Below are positions 54,855 through 64,000 of a DNA stretch of 64,000 nucleotides, in pieces. Location of the stretch: positions 31,346 through 95,345 of the forward strand of contig CALBSO010000143.1 in assembly GCA_937968015.1 (NCBI GenBank), given 5' to 3'. Origin of the DNA: an uncultured Thermomicrobia bacterium (lineage in GTDB: Bacteria; Chloroflexota; Chloroflexia; Thermomicrobiales; JALYUS01). The position numbers and the translations under genes were made by a program. The stretch's first letter is position 1. Each line of letters starts with the position of its first letter. The notes beneath the pieces are model-generated. The model saw only the letters and a list, made by a program, of their open reading frames with translations. It made no database searches and had not been told where the DNA came from.

Positions 54855-57172
54855 CAAGGGCTGACGAGATCTCGATCCCGCTCATAGAGAGATTCAGTCG
54901 CGCCTTCGCGGTCGAGCGCCCCGCCAGTGGCCAGCGCATGGCGCGGTAAGAACCGCAAGAGCCATCGCGGTGCATACCAGTTCCAATGGCCAAGAAGCCG
55001 CATTGTCGCTGGCACGAGCAAGGCGCGCACGACCGTCGCATCCACGGCGACGGCGACCGCGACCCCGAGACCGAGCGCCTTGACAAGCACGATGTCCGCA
55101 CTCACAAACGATGACGCGACGAGGACGACGATCAGCGCCGCGCTCGTGATGATCCGCGCGCTCCGCTCGATGCCCGTTGCCACGCTCCACGCGTTGTCGC
55201 CGGTCGCGTCGTACGCCTCCTTGATGCGGCTCAGGAGGAAGACTTCGTAATCCATTGAGAGGCCGAAGAGCGTGCAGAACATGATGATCGGCAGCGTCGG
55301 CTCGATGAAGTGCAACGCGGTGAAGTGCAACAACCGCCCGAAGTGCCCGTCTTGAAAGACGAAGACGAGCATGCCGTAACTGGCAATGATACTGAGGGCG
55401 TTCATAATGATTGCCTTCAGTGGCAGGACGACGGACCGGAAGAGGAATAAGAGGACGACATACGTCGTCAGGACAATGAAGAGGAGCGCAATCGGAAATG
55501 AGCGATAGAGGCCGTTCACCACGTCAGTGACACCGGCAGTCGCGCCCGTTACCTGGAAGATCATCCCGTTGCCGATCGTGCTGTTGCGCAACTTGGCGAC
55601 GAGGGCACGGGATTCGGCAGAGTTCGATGGGAATTTGCTGATGATCGAAATGAGCGTCGTATCGTCGCGGGCATACTGACGCGCGAACTGGGTGATATAC
55701 GGGTCTTGAAGGTCGGCAATGGCGCGGTAGTAGACCTGATACTGCGTAAGTGTCAGGCGTGGATCCACGGAAACGATACTCTCGACGCGCGCGACGCGCG
55801 GATCTGCCTGGATATTTCCCACGAAGGCGGACAGCGTGGCCAAATTTGCGGCATCGAACGCGGTCGTGCCCGGCGCCGTCTTCACGACGACAAGAATCGG
55901 CGTTGTCTCACTCGCATTGAACTCCGTGTTGAGGATGTCATACACCTGTCGGCTCTGGACTGACGGTGGCATGATCGAGGCGTCCGGGCTGCTGAAGGTG
56001 ATATGCAGAAACGGCGTACCGAGCAACAATAAGAGGCTGAGTGTCGGCAGGAAGATGGCGATTGGATGGCGCATGACCAGGTGCGCGACGCGTGCCCACA
56101 GACCTTCGTCTTCCCGCTGTGCAGTATTTCCCCGGAGCAGTGTCACCAATCTACGGACGGAGAGGGCATCAATGCGCGTGCCGACGAAGGAGAGCAGTAC
56201 CGGCAGCAGCGTCGTCGCGGCGAGGACGGAGACGATCACGACGACCACGCCGCCGATACCGATAGAGACAAGCAGATTGATATGGAAGGTGAGAAGTGCA
56301 CAAAGCCCGATCAATACCGTCAGGCCGCTATAGACAACCGCCTGGCCCGCCGTGGCGAGGGTCCGGGCGACCGCTTCCGGCACAGCGAACCCATGCGCCA
56401 GTTCTTCACGAAACCGGCTGGAAAGGAAGAGCGAATAATCGAGACCGAGGCCAAGGCCAAGGAGCGTCGCGAGATTGACTGTGAAAATCGAGAGTTCCAT
56501 CAGGGTGCCGAGCGCGTAAATCACCGCCAGAATGACGACCACTCCCGCACCGCCGACGAGGACCGGCAAGCCCGCTGCCAGGGCGCTGCCGAAGACGAGG
56601 AGGAGTGCGACGACCGCAATCGGGAACGCGACTTCTTCCGCGCGGGCCAAGTCGCGCTGGCTGACTTTCTCGACATCCGCGTAGAAGGCGGGGCCACCGC
56701 CAATACGCGTCCTCAGGTCCGGCGGTGGGCGGATCGCCGCGGTGATTTCCGGTATCAGTTTTGCCGCTGCCTCGGTGTCCGTCGTCAGGCTGACGACTTC
56801 GAATGCGGTCCGCCCGTCGCGGGAAATCTGCCGGGGGTTGGCCGCGTGGGTCAAGACGGTCGTTTGCGCATGCACGTTACGCAACCCGGCAAGCGACGCT
56901 TCCGTTTCGGCGATAAAGCGTGGGTCAGTCGCGAGAAAGGACGGATCATCGCTCGAATAGGTGACGATGACGCTGCTCGTGCTGTAGCCGAGATCTCGCG
57001 CGAGCGTCGCCGCCGCCTTGGAACTCTCCAGCGCGGGATCCGCGAAACCGCCGACGCGCAAAGGCTCCGTGACGCGCGGCGCGAAGGGGAGGGCGATACC
57101 GAGTACCGCGATCCAGCATGCGAGGACGAGCCAGCGAAACCGATAGATCAGACGACCGAAAGCGTAAAACAC
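54854..57172 (-). CDS. MMPL-family (RND superfamily) membrane transporter
   Basis: 772 aa with a duplicated 6-TM architecture. GLGLDYSLFLSSRFREE and GLSMDYEVFLLSRIKE are the paired MMPL motifs. Confidence 0.9.
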   Translation of the reverse strand: MFYAFGRLIYRFRWLVLACWIAVLGIALPFAPRVTEPLRVGGFADPALESSKAAATLARDLGYSTSSVIVTYSSDDPSFLATDPRFIAETEASLAGLRNVHAQTTVLTHAANPRQISRDGRTAFEVVSLTTDTEAAAKLIPEITAAIRPPPDLRTRIGGGPAFYADVEKVSQRDLARAEEVAFPIAVVALLLVFGSALAAGLPVLVGGAGVVVILAVIYALGTLMELSIFTVNLATLLGLGLGLDYSLFLSSRFREELAHGFAVPEAVARTLATAGQAVVYSGLTVLIGLCALLTFHINLLVSIGIGGVVVVIVSVLAATTLLPVLLSFVGTRIDALSVRRLVTLLRGNTAQREDEGLWARVAHLVMRHPIAIFLPTLSLLLLLGTPFLHITFSSPDASIMPPSVQSRQVYDILNTEFNASETTPILVVVKTAPGTTAFDAANLATLSAFVGNIQADPRVARVESIVSVDPRLTLTQYQVYYRAIADLQDPYITQFARQYARDDTTLISIISKFPSNSAESRALVAKLRNSTIGNGMIFQVTGATAGVTDVVNGLYRSFPIALLFIVLTTYVVLLFLFRSVVLPLKAIIMNALSIIASYGMLVFVFQDGHFGRLLHFTALHFIEPTLPIIMFCTLFGLSMDYEVFLLSRIKEAYDATGDNAWSVATGIERSARIITSAALIVVLVASSFVSADIVLVKALGLGVAVAVAVDATVVRALLVPATMRLLGHWNWYAPRWLLRFLPRHALATGGALDREGATESLYERDRDLVSP

Positions 57173-57459
57173 GAAGCCACTCTTTTCGTCATTCCATTGA
57201 CGATCGTCGCGACATTGCGACTGCGCGCGTAGGCTCGCTCGTCAGGCGACGACCAAACCGTGCGTGAGAGAAGCATAGCGCGTTTTTGGCTGACTGGGTC
57301 TCTTCGTCGCGTGAGATGCGATTTCGGAGAGAGCGGTTTGCGTCACCGGGTGCTTGTTTTTGTTGCCACTCTCCCGCACAATAGCCTCAGGAGCCTGACC
57401 ATTTCATGCCTGGGTGCGCAGAGTTGACGGTTCGCAGACAAGGAAAGCGGGGCGATACG

Positions 57460-58596
57460 ATGGCGATGGCAGTTGGCGCACGACCGATCAAGGCCCCCGG
57501 CTGGTCCGGCGGCGTACACACCGATCTTGCCCTCGTGGACTGTGATGTTCACCAGACGGTGAGTGCGCCTGAGGAACTGCTGCCGTATCTTTCCCGCGTC
57601 TATCGTCAGCAGGCGACCGAGCAGGGTATTCGCTTTCCGGGGTCGGGCTATTTCAACGTCGCGAACGATGCGGCGCGCACCGATCTGGCGGCCAACTGCG
57701 ACGCGCCGAAGCACGACGGTCGCCAGATGGGCACCACCTACGAGCGGCTGCGCGAGCAGCATCTCGATCTCTGGAATGTTGACAAAGCCCTGCTCACCGG
57801 GGCGAGCACATATGGCGCGTCCATCCTCCCCGACCCCGACTTCGCCGCCGCGCTCTGCCGCGCCTTCAATGATTGGACGATCGAGCAGTGGTTGGAGAAG
57901 GATGACCGGCTGATGATGGCCCTTTCGATCTCAACGACCGATCCACATCTCGCGGTCGCGGAAATTGAACGGCTGGGGCCCGATCCGCGCGTGCGGGCAG
58001 TCATGCTGCCGACGGGCAATCGCATGCCGTACGGCAACCGCTTCTACCACCCGATCTGGGAGGCGTGCGAGCGACATGGGCTGGTGGTCGGCATTCATCC
58101 CGGCAACGAGGGCGCGGGGATGGCCGGATCGCCGACCGGCGTCGGCTACCCAACGTACTACATCGAGACCCGCATGGCGCGGCCGCAGATGGCGATGGCA
58201 CATTCCGTCTCCTTCATTGCCGAGGGCGTTTTCGAGAAGTATCCACGGCTCAAGGTGTTGTTTGATGAATGTGACCAGTTCTGGGCGGTCGGCCTGATGT
58301 GGCACATGGATGCGGACTGGAAGTCGCTGCGCGATCAGACGCCCTGGGTGAAACGCCTGCCGAGCGAGTACTTCCGGGAACATATCCGTGTTGGTTCGCA
58401 ACCGATGCTCGAACCGGAAAACAGCGCGCAGTTCTTCACCATGCTCGACGCGATGCACGCCGAGGAGACGCTCGTCTTTTCGTCCGATTGGCCGCATTGG
58501 GACTGGGATGACCCCGCGACGACCTTCCCGAAACTCCCGGAGCGTCTGCATCGCCGCGTCTTTGTCGAGAACGCGCGCGCACTCTTCGGGCTGTAG
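57460..58596 (+). CDS. Amidohydrolase-2 family protein (ACMSD-type metal-dependent hydrolase/decarboxylase)
   Basis: DCDVH metal-binding opening, HPIWEACERHGLVVGIH, and SDWPHWD near the C-terminus. Confidence 0.75.
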   Translation: MAMAVGARPIKAPGWSGGVHTDLALVDCDVHQTVSAPEELLPYLSRVYRQQATEQGIRFPGSGYFNVANDAARTDLAANCDAPKHDGRQMGTTYERLREQHLDLWNVDKALLTGASTYGASILPDPDFAAALCRAFNDWTIEQWLEKDDRLMMALSISTTDPHLAVAEIERLGPDPRVRAVMLPTGNRMPYGNRFYHPIWEACERHGLVVGIHPGNEGAGMAGSPTGVGYPTYYIETRMARPQMAMAHSVSFIAEGVFEKYPRLKVLFDECDQFWAVGLMWHMDADWKSLRDQTPWVKRLPSEYFREHIRVGSQPMLEPENSAQFFTMLDAMHAEETLVFSSDWPHWDWDDPATTFPKLPERLHRRVFVENARALFGL

Positions 58597-58610
58597 GGCG
58601 CGGTCGCGAC

Positions 58611-59054
58611 ATGCCGCTCGATGATACCCGGCGCGTCGTCGTTGGCCCGGCAGCGGAATTTCCTCCCGGTACGCGGCGGATCATCGTGCCGTTTCGCGGT
58701 CGGGCGGGGATCGGTCTCTTCAACGTCAACGGAACGTACTGCGCCCTACGCAATCTCTGCCCGCACAAGGCGGGGCCGCTCTGTACGGGGCGGGTCAGTG
58801 GGCGCGTCGTCGCGGACGCCCCACCGTCGGGGGAGAACACCAATCTCGATCTCATCCGCGACGGCGAAATCATTCGCTGCCCGTGGCATTTATGGGAGTT
58901 CGACCTCCTAACCGGCCGCTGCCTCGTTGACCCAAAGGTGCGCGTCAAGACATATCCCGTGAGCATTGAGGATGGCGAGATTGTCGTCTACGCCGATCCC
59001 GCCGACTTGCCGGAGCAGCCCGCGCCGTTGGCGTCAGTTCCCCTCTCTTCCTGA
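58611..59054 (+). CDS. Rieske [2Fe-2S] domain protein
   Basis: CPHKAGPL...CPWHLWEF Rieske cluster motif (CxH...CxxH). Confidence 0.85.
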   Translation: MPLDDTRRVVVGPAAEFPPGTRRIIVPFRGRAGIGLFNVNGTYCALRNLCPHKAGPLCTGRVSGRVVADAPPSGENTNLDLIRDGEIIRCPWHLWEFDLLTGRCLVDPKVRVKTYPVSIEDGEIVVYADPADLPEQPAPLASVPLSS

Positions 59055-59193
59055 CAACAGCACGGGTTCGTGCCCGTACGGTTGAGGAATGGCGCTTGAC
59101 AGCCGTAATCAGCGATGCTATTCAGGTGCGGGCGATAGGGTCGGGGTCACCGTTCCGGTGCGTGCGAATGAGTTTTCCGTAGAGGAGTAAGCG

Positions 59194-60372
59194 TTGATGG
59201 ATCGTTTCGAGTTGTCCGAAAACGAACTGCGTGCGCGTCGCGGTGCGAAGTGGCATCATCACCCTGAAGACGTCATGCCCGCGTGGGTGGCGGACATGGA
59301 TTTTGCCGTCGCGGAACCAGTGCAGGCGGCCATCGCCCGCATCGTTGACCAGCGGGACTACGGCTATCCGTATCGCTCCGGTGAAGAATCGCTGGCCGCC
59401 GCATTTGTCGAGCGGATGCAGGAGCGGTTTGGCTGGACGGTTGATCCTACCCTCGTCCAACCCGTCACCGAGTGCGTCCAGTGCATGTACGCGACCGCAC
59501 TCGCCTTCAGTGAGCCGGGCGACGGCATCGTCCTTCAGACACCGATCTACCCGCCATTCCTCTCTGCGGTCGGCAATACGGGACGGCGGTTGGTGGAGAA
59601 CCGCCTCAAGGATGCTGGCAGCCGGTACGTGTTGGATATTGACGGATTGCGTGCGGTCGTAGATGACCAGACGCGCATCCTGATGGTGTGCAACCCGCAT
59701 AACCCGACGGGCCGCGCCTTCTCGCGCGATGAATTGATGGCGCTTGGCACGCTCGCCATCGAGCGCGACCTCGTAATCCTCTGTGATGAGATTCACGCCG
59801 ACCTGCTCTATCCGGGCAGCACACATATCCCGATGGCGACGCTCAGCCCGGAGATCGCCGCACGCACGATTACGATCACCTCGGCGACGAAGAGTTTCAA
59901 CATCGCGGGGCTTCGCTGCGCGGTGATGCACTTTGGCTCCGCGGAGTTGCGCGCCCGCCTCCGTGCCCGCGTGCCGGATTCACTGATGGGGCAGATTGCC
60001 ATCGTCGGGACGGACGCGACCGTTGCGGCATGGCGGCACGCGCAGCCGTGGCTCGATGACGTGATGGTGCGCTTGCAGTCAAACCGCGATTACGTCGCGC
60101 AGTTCATCGCGGAGGAGATCCCCGGTATCCATCATTACCGGCCGGAAGGCACCTACCTCGCCTGGCTCGATTGCCGCGCACTCGACCTGCCGGACAGCCC
60201 ATACACGTTCTTTCTCAACGAGGCCAAGGTCGGCCTGAACGACGGCGCAATGTTCGGGACGGTCGGGCAGACGTGTGTGCGGCTCAATTTCGCCACATCG
60301 GAGACAGTCCTGCGCGAGGTCCTCTCGCGCATGGCCACGGCCGTGCAACGTGTGCATGCAGGGAAGGCATAA
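59194..60372 (+). CDS. PLP-dependent C-S lyase/aminotransferase (MalY/PatB cystathionine beta-lyase type)
   Basis: RRGAKWHHHPEDVMPAWVADMDFAVAEPV, CNPHNPTG and SATKSFNIAGLR (PLP lysine). GAGGAG lies 9 nt upstream. Confidence 0.85.
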   Translation: MMDRFELSENELRARRGAKWHHHPEDVMPAWVADMDFAVAEPVQAAIARIVDQRDYGYPYRSGEESLAAAFVERMQERFGWTVDPTLVQPVTECVQCMYATALAFSEPGDGIVLQTPIYPPFLSAVGNTGRRLVENRLKDAGSRYVLDIDGLRAVVDDQTRILMVCNPHNPTGRAFSRDELMALGTLAIERDLVILCDEIHADLLYPGSTHIPMATLSPEIAARTITITSATKSFNIAGLRCAVMHFGSAELRARLRARVPDSLMGQIAIVGTDATVAAWRHAQPWLDDVMVRLQSNRDYVAQFIAEEIPGIHHYRPEGTYLAWLDCRALDLPDSPYTFFLNEAKVGLNDGAMFGTVGQTCVRLNFATSETVLREVLSRMATAVQRVHAGKA

Positions 60373-60423
60373 ACCGCCAACTCACGGGCGTCAGAATACC
60401 TGTAGGCGGGAATGTAGACGATA

Positions 60424-60457
60424 AAACGGGCGATCATCGCACAGTGATCGCCCGTTT
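60424..60457 (-). terminator. Rho-independent terminator downstream of tRNA-Gly
   Basis: AAACGGGCGATC / GATCGCCCGTTT 12-bp stem with a 10-nt loop. On the minus-strand RNA it is followed by UUUUAUCG. Confidence 0.65.
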
Positions 60458-60470
60458 CGCTTGCGATACG

Positions 60471-60545
60471 TGGAGCGGGAGATGGGATTCGAACCCACGA
60501 CAGCCTGCTTGGAAGGCAGGAACTCTACCACTGAGTTACTCCCGC
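60471..60545 (-). tRNA. tRNA-Gly (anticodon TCC)
   Basis: Reverse strand: GCGGGAG-TA-ACTC-AGTGGTA-GAGT-T-CCTGC-CTTCCAA-GCAGG-CTGTC-GTGGG-TTCGAAT-CCCAT-CTCCCGC-T-CCA. Confidence 0.9.
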
Positions 60546-60554
60546 ACGGAGGAT

Positions 60555-60583
60555 AATCTAGCACTGCGCTGGCGAATTCGCAA
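60555..60583 (-). promoter_or_regulatory. Promoter for tRNA-Gly (TTGCGA-17nt-TGcTAGATT)
   Basis: Reverse strand reads TTGCGA attcgccagcgcagtgc TAGATT. The -10 element ends 9 nt before the tRNA 5-prime end. Confidence 0.5.
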
Positions 60584-60677
60584 CGGGTGTTTGACGCATT
60601 CAGCGGCACGACCGCATACTGCAAAGCATGGGGCTGATGCAGACGACGTACAGATTCGTTGCAAGCGAGGATGCCGT

Positions 60678-61880
60678 GTGTCTCGACCGCTGATTGCCAC
60701 GATCATCTTTCTCGCGACGCTCGGTTGCACGCTCTTCTTCGTGTGGCAGGTGCGGGGCATCGCCGTTCGTCTCGGCCTTTTCGGACGGATGGGCGACCGG
60801 CATTTGCATTCGCGCGCCATTCCTCGCCTCGGTGGGGTGGGCATCTTTCTCGGCTTTTGTGTCGGCGTCGCGCTCTCGTTCGCGTTGCCGGTAACGCGTT
60901 TCCCGATCGAAGTGGCGCGCATTGTCCTGATGCTCGTTGCCGGTATGGTGATTTTTTTCGTGATGCTCGCGGACGATCTCGTCGAACTCGCGGCGTTTCC
61001 CCGGTTGCTCTGGCAGTTCGGCGCGGCGGCGCTCGTCGTCCTGCCGCGGCTGCGTGGGCTAAATTCCGGGATCGTCATTGACTCCGTGCCGAACCCGTTT
61101 CATCTGCGGGTCACGGAGTCGTTGGCCTTACCGCTCGCGGTTGCGATTCCGTTCACGCTCTTGTGGATCGTCGGGATGACGAATGCGATCAACTGGGTTG
61201 ACGGCGTAGATGGGCTTTCGAGCGGGATCGTCTTCATCGCGAGCGCGGTATTGTTCGTCCATACCTATTTCCGCCCACCGGGGAACCCGCAGTTTACGAT
61301 CTCACTCCTGCCGCTCGCCCTCGGTGCGTCCGTGCTCGGGTTCCTACCCTTCAACTGGCACCCGTCACGCATCATCATGGGCGACTGCGGGGCGATGTTT
61401 CTCGGCTTCGCCCTTGCGGTCGCCTCGATCATTGGCGGCGCCAAGATCGCGACGATGCTGCTCGTCCTGATCGTGCCGTTGCTCAACATCGCCTGGGTGA
61501 TCCTTGATCGCTTGCGACACGGCACGAACCCGATGCGTGCGGACCGCCGCCATCTGCATGATCGCTTGCTCGACGCGGGTTGGTCGCAGCGTCAGGTCGT
61601 CACGGCAGCGTATGGGATTTGCGCCCTCTTCGGCGCGATCGCGCTTCTGTTCGATAAGCGGGTGAAGTTCTATGTCTTCAGCGCGATGGCGATTGTCCTC
61701 GTCGTTGCGCTCGTCGTCTTGGTGTTGCGCGGGCCGACGCGTGCGAAACCGGAGCGGGGAGGTCACGCGGGTGGGTCTTCGCCTGCGCCAGGGCCCGGCG
61801 CACCGACGCATCAGGCCACGCGCGTGCATGCGGCGCGCGAACCTTCACAGGAACGACGGAGCGCCGAAGGCGTCAGATAA
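60678..61880 (+). CDS. Polyprenyl-phosphate N-acetylhexosamine-1-phosphate transferase (MraY/WecA glycosyltransferase family 4)
   Basis: Multi-TM protein with MTNAINWVDGVDGLSSG and the HLHDRLL motif. GTG 60678 has GAGGA 6 nt upstream. The listed ORF start (60171) overlaps the PatB gene and tRNA-Gly. Disordered Pro/Gly/Arg C-tail. Confidence 0.85.
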   Translation: MSRPLIATIIFLATLGCTLFFVWQVRGIAVRLGLFGRMGDRHLHSRAIPRLGGVGIFLGFCVGVALSFALPVTRFPIEVARIVLMLVAGMVIFFVMLADDLVELAAFPRLLWQFGAAALVVLPRLRGLNSGIVIDSVPNPFHLRVTESLALPLAVAIPFTLLWIVGMTNAINWVDGVDGLSSGIVFIASAVLFVHTYFRPPGNPQFTISLLPLALGASVLGFLPFNWHPSRIIMGDCGAMFLGFALAVASIIGGAKIATMLLVLIVPLLNIAWVILDRLRHGTNPMRADRRHLHDRLLDAGWSQRQVVTAAYGICALFGAIALLFDKRVKFYVFSAMAIVLVVALVVLVLRGPTRAKPERGGHAGGSSPAPGPGAPTHQATRVHAAREPSQERRSAEGVR

Positions 61881-61884
61881 ATCC

Positions 61885-62091
61885 CTACTGGGCGAGGAAT
61901 TCGAAGTGTGGTTCATCGTCCGTGCCGAGTCGTTGTCGCAGGGAGCGGACCGCCGCCCCGATTGGCCGGGCGAAGACGGAACCGACAACCGAGCCGACGA
62001 GCAGGCCAAGCGACAATCCGACCGCGCCGCCGAGGAGGAACGCGGTCAATGAGGGGGACGTATCGGTATCAACCTGCGCGTGATCCATCAT
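61885..62091 (-). CDS. Small membrane protein (68 aa), hypothetical
   Basis: One Gly-rich hydrophobic helix (LTAFLLGGAVGLSLGLLVGSVVGSVF). AAAGGA lies 5 nt upstream of the ATG. Sits 36 nt downstream of rsfS on the same strand. Confidence 0.45.
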   Translation of the reverse strand: MMDHAQVDTDTSPSLTAFLLGGAVGLSLGLLVGSVVGSVFARPIGAAVRSLRQRLGTDDEPHFEFLAQ

Positions 62092-62127
62092 GCGGATCCT
62101 TTATGTACCGGCGCATGCGACCTGCCA

Positions 62128-62499
62128 CTATTGAATGACGAGGAGACGCGGTGCATCCGCCCAAAGCCGGTCAAGCTGGTAAAAGTCGCGCTCGCTCTTG
62201 CCAAACGCATGCACGATGACTTCGCCGAAATCCATCAGCACCCAGCCGGATTCAGGGGTGCCCTCGACGCGGTTGAGCCGCGCGATGCCCGCCTCGCCCG
62301 CTTCAGTCAGCGCGCGTGTGATGGCGCGAAGCATCCGCACGTTATCCGCGGTGCAGACGACGAAGTAATCAGCGAGCGTCGTGAGGCTGGCAATGTCGAG
62401 GACGAGAATATCGCTGCCGTGGGCATCCGAAGCGATGTGCGCGAGATCGCGCGCGCGCGTCTGCGCTTCCGGACTGACTTCAATGGGCTGTACCGACAT
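62128..62499 (-). CDS. rsfS: Ribosome silencing factor RsfS (iojap family)
   Basis: DILVLDIASLTTLADYFVVCTADNVRMLRAI ... WVLMDFGEVIVHAFGKSERDFYQLDRLW matches the RsfS core. Confidence 0.9.
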   Translation of the reverse strand: MSVQPIEVSPEAQTRARDLAHIASDAHGSDILVLDIASLTTLADYFVVCTADNVRMLRAITRALTEAGEAGIARLNRVEGTPESGWVLMDFGEVIVHAFGKSERDFYQLDRLWADAPRLLVIQ

Positions 62500-62628
62500 T
62501 CACACTCCTTCGCAACCACGTCGTCACGCTGACCGACACACCATACCGTACGGTAGGCCATCATGCAACCAAAGTGCCACGACATTTCGCGGTTGTCAGG
62601 CGGAGTAGGCGAAGGGTTTGAACATGGC

Positions 62629-62657
62629 TTGTTCTCCGCAATTGCCTCTGGTATACT
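62629..62657 (+). promoter_or_regulatory. Promoter for tRNA-Ala (TTGTTC-17nt-TGgTATACT)
   Basis: TTGTTC 62629-62634 and TATACT 62652-62657, preceded by TGg. The -10 element ends 16 nt before the tRNA. Confidence 0.5.
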
Positions 62658-62673
62658 GCGCATCGGTGGATGT

Positions 62674-62749
<76 letters not shown>

Positions 62750-62774
62750 CATTTTTCCACACGGGAAACCCACT

Positions 62775-64000
62775 ATGGCAATCCGCATTCTGTCGCCCGA
62801 ACTCGTCAGCAAGATCGCGGCGGGCGAGGTCGTCGAGCGGCCCGCATCCGTCGTCAAGGAACTCGTCGAGAACGCGCTCGACGCCGGTGCGCGCACCGTC
62901 CGTGTCGAAGTGCGTCAGGGCGGCCGCGATCTCATTCGCGTTACCGACGATGGCGTGGGGATGACGGCGGACGATGTGCGCCTCGCTATCGAGCCGCATG
63001 CGACCAGCAAGGTCACCGCGCTCACCGATCTGCAGAACATCACCACGCTCGGGTTCCGCGGCGAAGCGCTCCCCAGCATCGCGGCTGTCTCGCGGTTTAC
63101 GCTACTCTCTCGGCCCCTCGGTAGCCAGGAGGGATTCGAGATTCAGATTGACGGCGGTCGGCCCGTCAATGAACGGGCGCGAGGCTGCCCGGAAGGGACC
63201 GCCGTGACCGTGCGTGACTTGTTTCAGCATGTTCCGGCGCGGTTGAAATTTCTTCGGTCGGTCGCGACGGAAACCGCGTTCATCACGCGGGTCGTGCAGG
63301 CGTACGCGCTTGGGCGGCCCGACGTGCGGTTCGAGATGGTCGTGGATGGCCGAAACACGCTCCGAACAGCCGGTGATCGCGATCTGCGGGCCGCTATCGG
63401 TCAGGTGTTTGGGCACGCGGTCGGGTCAACGATGCTCGCACTGCCCGATACCGATGGTTCGGCAGAGACGGTGGCGCACATCACGGGTTACGTCGCGCAT
63501 CCGTCGCACGACCGCGCGGATCGAACGCAGATCCTCTTCTACGTGAATGGCCGGTGGGTGCAGCACCGGAACATGATGTACGCACTCGAGGAAGCCTACC
63601 ATAGCCTGTTGATGGTCGGGCGGCATCCGACGGCGATTGTCTCGCTCGCCATACCGCCGCATCTCGTTGATGTCAATGTTCACCCGACGAAACAGGAAGT
63701 GCGCTTTGTCCACGACCGTGACGTCACCCGGATGCTCGGCGCGACCGTGCGGGCGGCCTTGCTTGGGAACGCGACCGCCGCTGCCGTCCCGCTCGTCAGC
63801 CTCCCGTCAGCCTTCTCCGGGAGCGGGCGCGATTTCTCACGGGCCGCGTCACCCTTTCCATCGCCGGGGCAACCCACATTGCGTGAGGCGCCGCTATCGC
63901 CGTGGATGGGTCCGTCCACGTCAGCGCCTGCGCGGAGCATCCCGGATGCCTCCGGGCAGCAGACGGCGATCTCTCCGGCGGCAGTCGCGTTGCCGGATGC
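62775..64000 (+). CDS. mutL: DNA mismatch repair protein MutL (N-terminal part; runs off window end)
   Basis: Absent from the ORF track because no stop lies in the window. Translation from ATG 62775 gives MAIRILSPELVSKIAAGEVVERPASVVKELVENALDAGARTVRVEVRQGGRDLIRVTDDGVGM, the GHKL ATPase signature of MutL. Confidence 0.92.
   Translation, partial: MAIRILSPELVSKIAAGEVVERPASVVKELVENALDAGARTVRVEVRQGGRDLIRVTDDGVGMTADDVRLAIEPHATSKVTALTDLQNITTLGFRGEALPSIAAVSRFTLLSRPLGSQEGFEIQIDGGRPVNERARGCPEGTAVTVRDLFQHVPARLKFLRSVATETAFITRVVQAYALGRPDVRFEMVVDGRNTLRTAGDRDLRAAIGQVFGHAVGSTMLALPDTDGSAETVAHITGYVAHPSHDRADRTQILFYVNGRWVQHRNMMYALEEAYHSLLMVGRHPTAIVSLAIPPHLVDVNVHPTKQEVRFVHDRDVTRMLGATVRAALLGNATAAAVPLVSLPSAFSGSGRDFSRAASPFPSPGQPTLREAPLSPWMGPSTSAPARSIPDASGQQTAISPAAVALPD

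Noticed and set aside
56066-57232. 388-aa plus-strand ORF, and similar long antisense ORFs (for example 28703-29467, 35244-36032, 48928-49995).
   Set aside because: All lie fully antisense to strongly supported genes (MMPL, hydantoinase-like, HlyD, PolX) and have Arg/Asp/Gly-rich low-complexity translations.
59055-59193. Possible SAM or other riboswitch in the 140-nt leader of the PatB/MalY-like gene.
   Set aside because: I could find a plausible promoter (TTGACA-17-TATTCA). None of the conserved cores of the SAM-I, SAM-II, SAM-IV or T-box classes that I remember are present. A covariance-model scan would be needed to be sure.
60171-60677. 5-prime 169 codons of the listed 569-aa ORF (60171-61880).
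   Set aside because: This stretch overlaps the end of the PatB-like gene, a terminator hairpin, tRNA-Gly and its promoter. The MraY/WecA-like membrane protein begins at GTG 60678, which has an SD.

Overview
High-GC (about 63-65% by eye) bacterial chromosomal window, mostly housekeeping and metabolic genes. Gene content, lipoprotein-anchored solute-binding proteins and frequent GTG/TTG starts suggest Chloroflexota or Thermomicrobia, but that is a guess. I support about 51 CDS, including lon (partial), rsmI, hsp20, a lysA-SDR-amidinotransferase-recN-helY operon, hrcA-grpE-dnaK with a CIRCE operator, hpf, an orphan NuoE/NuoF pair, a hydantoinase/DUF917 catabolic cluster, a two-component/HlyD/ABC operon, a sugar ABC importer, dnaE, polX, rdgB, a tyrosine recombinase, an MMPL transporter, rsfS and mutL (partial). 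There are 8 tRNAs and RNase P RNA; no rRNA and no CRISPR array. Four observations stand out. (1) A 1,778-bp cassette (31433-33210) is bounded by a 20-nt perfect (24-nt near-perfect) inverted repeat. It holds a single unrecognisable 551-aa ORF with a PD-(D/E)xK-like nuclease motif, in IS-like or invertible-segment architecture. (2) A Bcp-type peroxiredoxin has an in-frame UGA exactly at the peroxidatic Cys of the PxxxTxxC motif, followed at once by a SECIS-like hairpin, so the ORF track shows only a truncated gene. (3) RNase P RNA sits inside a tightly packed tRNA operon (Thr-Leu-rnpB-His-Arg) behind one extended -10 promoter. (4) A histidine kinase / giant-hairpin HlyD adaptor / ABC ATPase / tandem-repeat secreted protein / response regulator operon has no membrane permease gene, and has helically phased TTACA repeats upstream. 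All family assignments come from motif recognition by eye; no database search was possible.
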